Source: Minisyncoccota bacterium
GTDB lineage: Bacteria; Patescibacteriota; Minisyncoccia; Phycocordibacterales; UBA2100
Length of the DNA: 64,000 nucleotides
Assembly: GCA_965267345.1 (NCBI GenBank)
Contig: OZ253947.1
Location: 72,662 to 136,661, forward strand
Direction of reading: 5' to 3'
In this document: in pieces, positions 58,146 through 64,000 of the stretch
Position numbering within the stretch: the stretch's first letter is position 1
How the letters are laid out: every line of letters begins with the position of its first letter
Translations under genes and position numbers: made by a program
Notes under the pieces: generated by a model
What the model was told of the DNA's origin: nothing
The model's input: only the letters and a program-made list of their open reading frames with translations
The model's database searches: none

Positions 58146-60110
58146 ATGTATCCTACGAAACAAAAAATATACACACTAAAGACACTACTCATATCGAGTA
58201 GTGTAATAACGGCCTCTACTTTTAGCATGTATGCTCTTGCAGCACCGCTGGTGGCAGAGAGTGCAGGCGGAGGAGACTTGAATATCAATATCGATGCAGG
58301 TGATGTTGATTTTGGTGGACCGGTTGAGTATGTACCAAGTTCGCCGAGTTCAAGTAGCACTTCATACAATGGCAATAATATTCTCTGGACAGCGTTTGAG
58401 GGTATCTCTCTCTGTGCTGATGGGGGGTGGTACCTTTGCGTAACAGGATTACGAGAGCCACAAATCACCGTCCAATACTCAGTTGAAATCACCAACATTA
58501 ATTCAGGCGAAGTGTACGAACATGGCTCGCCAATAGAAGTGGCGGAGGGTACACAATTGCAGCTACGCTTTATCCCACACGCATCGGAGCATATATCATG
58601 GTTTGGGACCGGTAGCAGCATGGATTCACCATACGGTGAGTGGGGCAACAGTGCGAATGCTGGCGGTCCCGTGTGTCAGGTTGAAGATATTGTTTCAAGC
58701 GGTGTTGATGGAGTGACGAGCAATGCGTACATTCGACTTGTTGCCGATGCGCCGACGAAGACCCTCACACCGCCCGACAACCTTTCCTGTGCCGATACCG
58801 GCGATGGGCTTACGTACAACTGTGTAGCGGACGATCAGGGTACGGGTACTGCGACGTTTGAGTTTGCGCAGACCACAGGACGTTTCTACGGAGCATACGC
58901 CGGTTGGGCGACAGACGCTGATCAGACGATTCTCAATTTAATTCGACCACAACATCGCAGCGTTGCCGAAGGAGGCTCGATGGATGGTACGTTGTGCGTT
59001 GGTCGAGCGGAGCCGATGCAAAATGCCAATGGCATGAATGGTTTATGGAGTCCCGACCCCGAATTGTATCCACAGCAGTATTCGAATGGGTTCAACGACC
59101 CCCGCACCCCATACACCCTCACCATCCCTGCCCAATCCCGCCAATACACCATTGTCGTCGGCGAAGCTGAGGAAGACGACAGCCCGGGCTCACCAAGCGT
59201 CAACCCTGTCACCGTCAACGGTGACCCAACCGCCTGCACCACCAACGCCCCCTACACAGTAGAGGTCACCGCCACCGACCCCCAGTCAGACGACATCCGC
59301 TACCTCATCGACTGGGACGCTGACGACACAGTCAACGCCTACGCACCAAGCTCTGGCTACACCACCAGCGGCACCACCCAAACAGCATCACGCACCTTCA
59401 CCACTGAAGGTGAGCGTAGCGTGAAGGTCCGTGCCCAAGACGAACATGGCAACCTCTCTGACTGGTCAGAGACCTTCACCTTCACCTGTACGGATGACAC
59501 CCCACCGTACACCCCAACCGTCACCACCGCTTCAGGCTCACAGTGTACCCCTGACACAGCTCAAGACGTCACCGTCAGTGCCGACCACGCCTCAGACAAG
59601 GAGGTATACTACCAACTCGACTGGGACCGTGACGGCGCAACCGACACCCGACTCCCTGCCACCGGCACTGTTGCTGCAGGGACAGAGCTCACCACCACCC
59701 ACACCTTCACCAGTGGTGACTACGCCTTCAGAGCTCGTGCCGTTGATGAAGACGACATTGCCTCAAACTGGACCACCATCACCGGTACCTGTGGCGTCAC
59801 CCAAGAGGAGTGCCCCATCTGTGCAGCAGGCAGCCCTGACGTCTCCCTTTCAGCACAACCATCCCTCGTGGCCCAAGACGCCAGCACCACCCTCAGTTGG
59901 GACATTGCAGGTATCGACACCCTCCAGACCTGTTCCATCACCGGCACCAACGGTGACAGCGTATCGTGGGACACCATCAGCTCACAGTCCTCCTACACCA
60001 CACCAAGCATCACCATCCAAACCACCTACACCCTCTCGTGTACCTACACCGACCAAACCCTGACTGACACCGCCCTCATCTTCTTGGTGCCTGATTGGCA
60101 GGAGTTTTAG
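58146..60110 (+). CDS. large secreted repeat protein (DWD/PKD-like repeats, T/S/P-rich), ends ...LVPDWQEF
   Basis: Signal peptide. Repeats YLIDWDADDTVN / YYQLDWDRDGATD. 3' end overlaps repeat copy 2. Confidence 0.6.
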   Translation: MYPTKQKIYTLKTLLISSSVITASTFSMYALAAPLVAESAGGGDLNINIDAGDVDFGGPVEYVPSSPSSSSTSYNGNNILWTAFEGISLCADGGWYLCVTGLREPQITVQYSVEITNINSGEVYEHGSPIEVAEGTQLQLRFIPHASEHISWFGTGSSMDSPYGEWGNSANAGGPVCQVEDIVSSGVDGVTSNAYIRLVADAPTKTLTPPDNLSCADTGDGLTYNCVADDQGTGTATFEFAQTTGRFYGAYAGWATDADQTILNLIRPQHRSVAEGGSMDGTLCVGRAEPMQNANGMNGLWSPDPELYPQQYSNGFNDPRTPYTLTIPAQSRQYTIVVGEAEEDDSPGSPSVNPVTVNGDPTACTTNAPYTVEVTATDPQSDDIRYLIDWDADDTVNAYAPSSGYTTSGTTQTASRTFTTEGERSVKVRAQDEHGNLSDWSETFTFTCTDDTPPYTPTVTTASGSQCTPDTAQDVTVSADHASDKEVYYQLDWDRDGATDTRLPATGTVAAGTELTTTHTFTSGDYAFRARAVDEDDIASNWTTITGTCGVTQEECPICAAGSPDVSLSAQPSLVAQDASTTLSWDIAGIDTLQTCSITGTNGDSVSWDTISSQSSYTTPSITIQTTYTLSCTYTDQTLTDTALIFLVPDWQEF

Positions 60111-60165
60111 GGGGATGTGCCCATTGGGCACCCCATGCTACGAGGGATTTGTGTATACTGTACGC

Positions 60166-60831
60166 ATGCAGTACCTATTCTGGGGATGTATCGGCATCGT
60201 AATTATTTTTCTTGCGTGGGTTGCGTATGGGTATTTTTCAGTGCGGAATGTCGAGGAACCGGCGTATACGGTTGTGCGCGACGAAGGTACATACGAAATT
60301 CGACTGTATGAGCCGATGGTCATCGCGGAGACAACAGTCGAAAGCACTTCTTACCGAGACGCGCTCAATGAAGGGTTTCGACGCCTTGCGGACTATATTT
60401 TCGGAAACAATGCCGCGACAGAGAGTCTCGCCATGACCGTACCGGTGCAGCAGCGTGACATGGGTGAGGGGGAGGTTATTGCAATGACGGCACCGGTAGT
60501 GAGTGAGGATGCGGACGCGAATGACCGCGTGATTTCATTTGTGCTGCCGTCATCATACACACTGGAATCAGCGCCGCAGCCAAAAAATGCAGCTGTCAGA
60601 CTTCGTACCGTACCGGAACGTGCTGTAGCAGCAGTGTCATTTAGCTGGTTGCCGACGCAGGCGCGTATTGAGGCACAAAAGCGCGCGCTTCGCGAAGTGC
60701 TTGCTGCCGACGATGTTCGTGTAATAGGCGAAGAGAGTGTTGCATTCTATAACCCGCCGTTCACACCACCATTTATGATGCGCACTGAGATTCTTATCCC
60801 CGTAGCAGTATCCTATGAACAGGACCAGTAG
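60166..60831 (+). CDS. SOUL/HBP heme-binding family protein, membrane-anchored
   Basis: YEIRLYEPMVIAETTV...FRRLADYIFGNN...MTVPVQQ are SOUL family motifs. TATACT 12 nt upstream. Confidence 0.65.
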   Translation: MQYLFWGCIGIVIIFLAWVAYGYFSVRNVEEPAYTVVRDEGTYEIRLYEPMVIAETTVESTSYRDALNEGFRRLADYIFGNNAATESLAMTVPVQQRDMGEGEVIAMTAPVVSEDADANDRVISFVLPSSYTLESAPQPKNAAVRLRTVPERAVAAVSFSWLPTQARIEAQKRALREVLAADDVRVIGEESVAFYNPPFTPPFMMRTEILIPVAVSYEQDQ

Positions 60832-61294
60832 TTTGTATACATTTTTCCGTTGGGCAGTTGTTGCCTTTTCACTTGTTGGTATTGTTGACGCGGCATATTT
60901 GTCATACGCGCGCTTCACGCACTCAGCACTGTCGTGCACTATTCTCGATGGCTGCAACGTAGTTGCGGCAAGTCCGCATGCGGTGTTGCTTGGGGTTATC
61001 CCACTCGCATACCTCGGCCTTGTCTTCTACATCGCGATTTTTTTTCTGGGTGTCATGCTATTCCGCTACGACCAGCGCAGCATCCGCCTTACACTCGTGG
61101 GGGCAACGGGTATCGGGATTGTTGCGTCGGCGTATTTTGTATACGTGCAGTCAGTGCTGATTGGCGCATACTGTCTGTATTGCATCATTTCAGCAGCGCT
61201 CTCAGTTGTGCTCTTTCCGCTGGCGCTGGCACTTCTCCGCAAAGACTCGCTTGAACACAGTAATGACTTGCCTGTTACAAGGCCATTGAAATGA
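60815..61294 (+). CDS. vitamin K epoxide reductase (VKOR) family protein
   Basis: CxxC active site (CLYC) in the last TM, loop cysteines (CTILDGC), 4-5 TM segments. Confidence 0.65.
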   Translation: MNRTSSLYTFFRWAVVAFSLVGIVDAAYLSYARFTHSALSCTILDGCNVVAASPHAVLLGVIPLAYLGLVFYIAIFFLGVMLFRYDQRSIRLTLVGATGIGIVASAYFVYVQSVLIGAYCLYCIISAALSVVLFPLALALLRKDSLEHSNDLPVTRPLK

Positions 61295-62442
61295 TGCAGT
61301 ACATAGCAGCATCACGCATCTGGCTTTGGCTTCTTGTTGCGCTTATCGTGACAAGTGCGGTGCCACTCGTTGCACATACACAACAACTGGTCAATCAAGA
61401 TCGTGGCATCATGAAAGCCCGTGTCATTTCTGCGGGTGAGGGTATGCCGCGCGAAGTGATTGGCACCGGCACGGAGACGCTCATACAACCACTGACAGTT
61501 ACTATTATCGACGGTGCTGCTGCTGGGCGAGAGGTGGCAATTGAAAATGAATTTGAAACCACACTTGAAGTAGGGGACATTGTCTTCGTGCAGCAGTTTA
61601 TCGACGTTGGCGGGCGCGAGTGGTTTACACTATTTGAAATACAACGGGCGCCACAATTAGGAGTACTTTTTGCTGCGTTTGCTGTCATGCTACTACTATT
61701 TGGGGGTGCACAGGGTGCGCGTGCACTTGTGGCACTTGCGGGCAGCTTGCTCGCTATCGTTTATATCCTCGTGCCGGCAATTTTAGCTGGATACAACCCA
61801 ATTATTACAAGTATCGGCGTGGCAGTAGTGGTACTCTTCCTCGCACTCTTTTTTACACACGGCTTTAATCGTGTTGCGCTATCAGCCTTTCTCGGCACTG
61901 TAATCGCCATCATTATTACCGGGTGCATTGCGTGGTTTTCAATCGAGTTTTTGGATTTGACGGGTATTGCCTCGGAAAACGAAGTGTACCTAAACTTCAA
62001 TACCGACGGCGCGCTTGATTTTGTTGGGCTACTGCTCGGCGCCATTATTATCGGTGTCCTTGGTGCGCTTGATGATATTGCCATTACGCAGGCAGCAACG
62101 GTGCGAGAATTGTACGGTGTGAGCAGCACTATTGCGCGACGCGATGTCTTTACACGAGCATTACGAATCGGGAAAGATCACGTCAGTGCACTTGTGAACA
62201 CACTGATTCTTGCGTATACAGGGGCTGCACTACCGCTGCTTTTGCTCTTCTTGCAGCAAAATGATATTTCCTACATTCTCAATATTGAGATATTTGCTAC
62301 TGAAGTAGTACGTATGATTGTCGGCAGTATTGGCCTCATCCTCGCAGTACCGTTTACCACAGCGATCGCTGCCGTACTCCTTGAGCGCTATCGTGGGAAT
62401 CAATCAGACGTAGTCATGGGCGCACACACGCACGTGCGATAG
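61291..62442 (+). CDS. YibE/F family membrane protein
   Basis: N-terminal periplasmic domain plus multiple TM segments with a G/A-rich YibE/F-like pattern. Confidence 0.65.
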   Translation: MMQYIAASRIWLWLLVALIVTSAVPLVAHTQQLVNQDRGIMKARVISAGEGMPREVIGTGTETLIQPLTVTIIDGAAAGREVAIENEFETTLEVGDIVFVQQFIDVGGREWFTLFEIQRAPQLGVLFAAFAVMLLLFGGAQGARALVALAGSLLAIVYILVPAILAGYNPIITSIGVAVVVLFLALFFTHGFNRVALSAFLGTVIAIIITGCIAWFSIEFLDLTGIASENEVYLNFNTDGALDFVGLLLGAIIIGVLGALDDIAITQAATVRELYGVSSTIARRDVFTRALRIGKDHVSALVNTLILAYTGAALPLLLLFLQQNDISYILNIEIFATEVVRMIVGSIGLILAVPFTTAIAAVLLERYRGNQSDVVMGAHTHVR

Positions 62443-62669
62443 CTACTCGTGTGGCGTGGCCACGCCCCTCTTCCTTTATAAAAACAACAGCGGCAAAGGC
62501 GAGATGATGGATATTTTCTGGGTCAATGCACGGGCTACTTCCAAATGAATACGACATCCGAGAGTAACGTTAACACGACAGCAGTCACTTCAAGTAACAA
62601 ACACACTACCCCGTAGACGCAACGGCATATTAAATGCAAATCAGTTGTATATATGACATAGTATCATAT

Positions 62670-63092
62670 ATGGAGAGACAGGCACCCAAGACAGCAGAAG
62701 AGTTTATTCGCGCTGCAGGACTTCGATGCACTGCGCCACGTGTGCTGGTGTTGGGGCGTCTTATGCGCGCTCGGGAGCCACTATCAATTGACGATCTGGA
62801 AAAACGCCTGAAAGGGAAAGTGAATATCGTGACTATTTATCGCATCCTTCGCGAATTTACGAAACACAACCTTACGTATCAGACCAACTTTCATACGGGA
62901 AAAGCATTTTTTGAATTTCAACATACACACCACCACCATATTATCTGTACGGAGTGCGGACGCCGTGAGGATGTCACGATACCCGATCTTGACCGTAAGC
63001 TGACCGACACTGCACAGTCACAGTCACGATTCTCGCGTGTGTCGCATCATACACTTGAATTTTTTGGTGTCTGCCGCGCGTGCGCCGCGTAG
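62670..63092 (+). CDS. Fur family transcriptional regulator (Fur/Zur/PerR-like)
   Basis: HTHHHHIICTECGR...CRAC metal-binding motifs plus a winged-helix N-terminus. Confidence 0.85.
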   Translation: MERQAPKTAEEFIRAAGLRCTAPRVLVLGRLMRAREPLSIDDLEKRLKGKVNIVTIYRILREFTKHNLTYQTNFHTGKAFFEFQHTHHHHIICTECGRREDVTIPDLDRKLTDTAQSQSRFSRVSHHTLEFFGVCRACAA

Positions 63093-63147
63093 TCCCTGTT
63101 GAATAGTCGACCTGCAGAGTAACCTGCAGATACGGTATACTAGTAGC

Positions 63148-63900
63148 ATGTCATTGTTATCACGATTTCGCGTTATCGACGAAACACTTAAAGGTCGGGC
63201 CGTACGGCAGTTGGTAGAGGAGTCAACACCTGATTTCGACTACTTTCTGATGTTGGTGCTCTCGGCAATGATGGCCACCTTCGGGCTTCTTGCCGGTAGT
63301 GAAACCATTGTGATTGGTGCCATGTTGCTCGCACCACTGCTCGCTCCCGTGATGGGGCTTGCCCTTGGTACGTCAATGTCACACCATCCACTGATAACCC
63401 GTTCACTCACCACTATCGGCTCCTCGGTGCTCTTTGCGGTCGGCGCTGCTATTGTCGGCTCGTTCCTGTTTTCAGTGGGTAACTTGCAAGGTGGCATGAA
63501 TGAAATCATCCTTGCGCGCACCGAACCATCGCTACTGTTCTTCATTGTTGCCGTTATCTCAGGATTTGCGGTTGCGTATACTGCAGTGCGACCGAAACTC
63601 TCGGCAACACTGCCGGGTATTGCCGTTGCGGTTGCTCTGATTCCGCCGCTCAGTGTACTAGGTATTGGTATCGCCGCGGTGAACCCAACGATTATCGCCG
63701 GCTCAGCACTCATGTTCCTAGTGAACACTCTCGGCATTGTTTTTGCAGGTATGGTAACGTTTTCGCTCATGGATGTGCACCACACGCGGTATATTGCTGA
63801 AACAACAATAAAAAAGGAGGAAAAGCGCCTTGAAGAGGAGTCTGAAGAAATCGAAAAAATGGAAAAGAAGACCGATACACCGCCGCCCTCAGTTGTGTAA
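63148..63900 (+). CDS. DUF389-like membrane protein
   Basis: Multi-TM with an acidic C-terminal tail. Confidence 0.6.
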   Translation: MSLLSRFRVIDETLKGRAVRQLVEESTPDFDYFLMLVLSAMMATFGLLAGSETIVIGAMLLAPLLAPVMGLALGTSMSHHPLITRSLTTIGSSVLFAVGAAIVGSFLFSVGNLQGGMNEIILARTEPSLLFFIVAVISGFAVAYTAVRPKLSATLPGIAVAVALIPPLSVLGIGIAAVNPTIIAGSALMFLVNTLGIVFAGMVTFSLMDVHHTRYIAETTIKKEEKRLEEESEEIEKMEKKTDTPPPSVV

Positions 63901-63911
63901 ATGAGCGTCAT

Positions 63912-64000
63912 ATGAAACGTATCATCGGGCATCTGGATATGGATGCTTTTTTTGCTTCGGTTGAAGAGCGTGACAAGCCCTATCTGAAAGGCGCTCCTGT
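63912..64000 (+). CDS. dinB: DNA polymerase IV (Y-family), N-terminal fragment; continues past the window
   Basis: MKRIIGHLDMDAFFASVEERDKPYLKGAP is the canonical Y-family polymerase start. Confidence 0.7.
   Translation, partial: MKRIIGHLDMDAFFASVEERDKPYLKGAP

Overview
This 64 kb window (about 58% GC, standard genetic code, with TGA used as a stop for ligA, pspC-like and other genes) looks like a reduced, Patescibacteria/CPR-like bacterial chromosome segment. The most notable feature is a family of four tRNA-attached non-coding elements that each end in an exact copy of the host tRNA's 3' end; these look like a candidate new structured RNA or miniature integrative element.

What is in the window:
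- Housekeeping genes: ftsH, recG, ligA, gatC-gatA, prfB, ftsE/ftsX, pyrG, lnt, smpB with an adjacent tmRNA, and a Fur-family regulator.
- A complete type IV pilus locus at 21.0-32.3 kb: pilM-N-O, pilB, a lone receiver domain, pilT, pilC, a major pilin, pilD and four minor pilins.
- Envelope and surface genes: a PadR-PspC stress module, two tandem PKD/peptidoglycan-binding proteins, two tandem M14 peptidases, a GH18 protein with a peptidoglycan-binding domain, and two large secreted repeat proteins.
- Nine tRNAs: Ile(UAU), Ser(GCU), initiator fMet, Met(CAU), Asp, Thr(GGU), Thr(CGU) and Gln(CUG).

The unusual element family: four tRNA genes (fMet, Asp, Thr-GGU, Ser-GCU) are each followed by a 150-330 bp non-coding element. 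Each element contains a conserved roughly 90 nt core whose hairpin shows compensatory base changes between copies. Each ends in an exact 19-20 nt copy of that tRNA's own 3' end, running from the middle of the T-loop through the discriminator base, followed by a hairpin. This may be a previously undescribed structured RNA, or a miniature integrative or att-site element.

Other notable points: three short exact repeat families (a TGACGTCA-centred 30 bp hairpin, a 38 bp repeat, and paired TCGATTAATCGA palindromes); a low-GC islet after tRNA-Gln; a comFC-like gene broken by an in-frame TGA; a membrane-anchored protein with an HEPN-like motif sitting where gatB would be expected; and a tRNA-Ile with a UAU anticodon.
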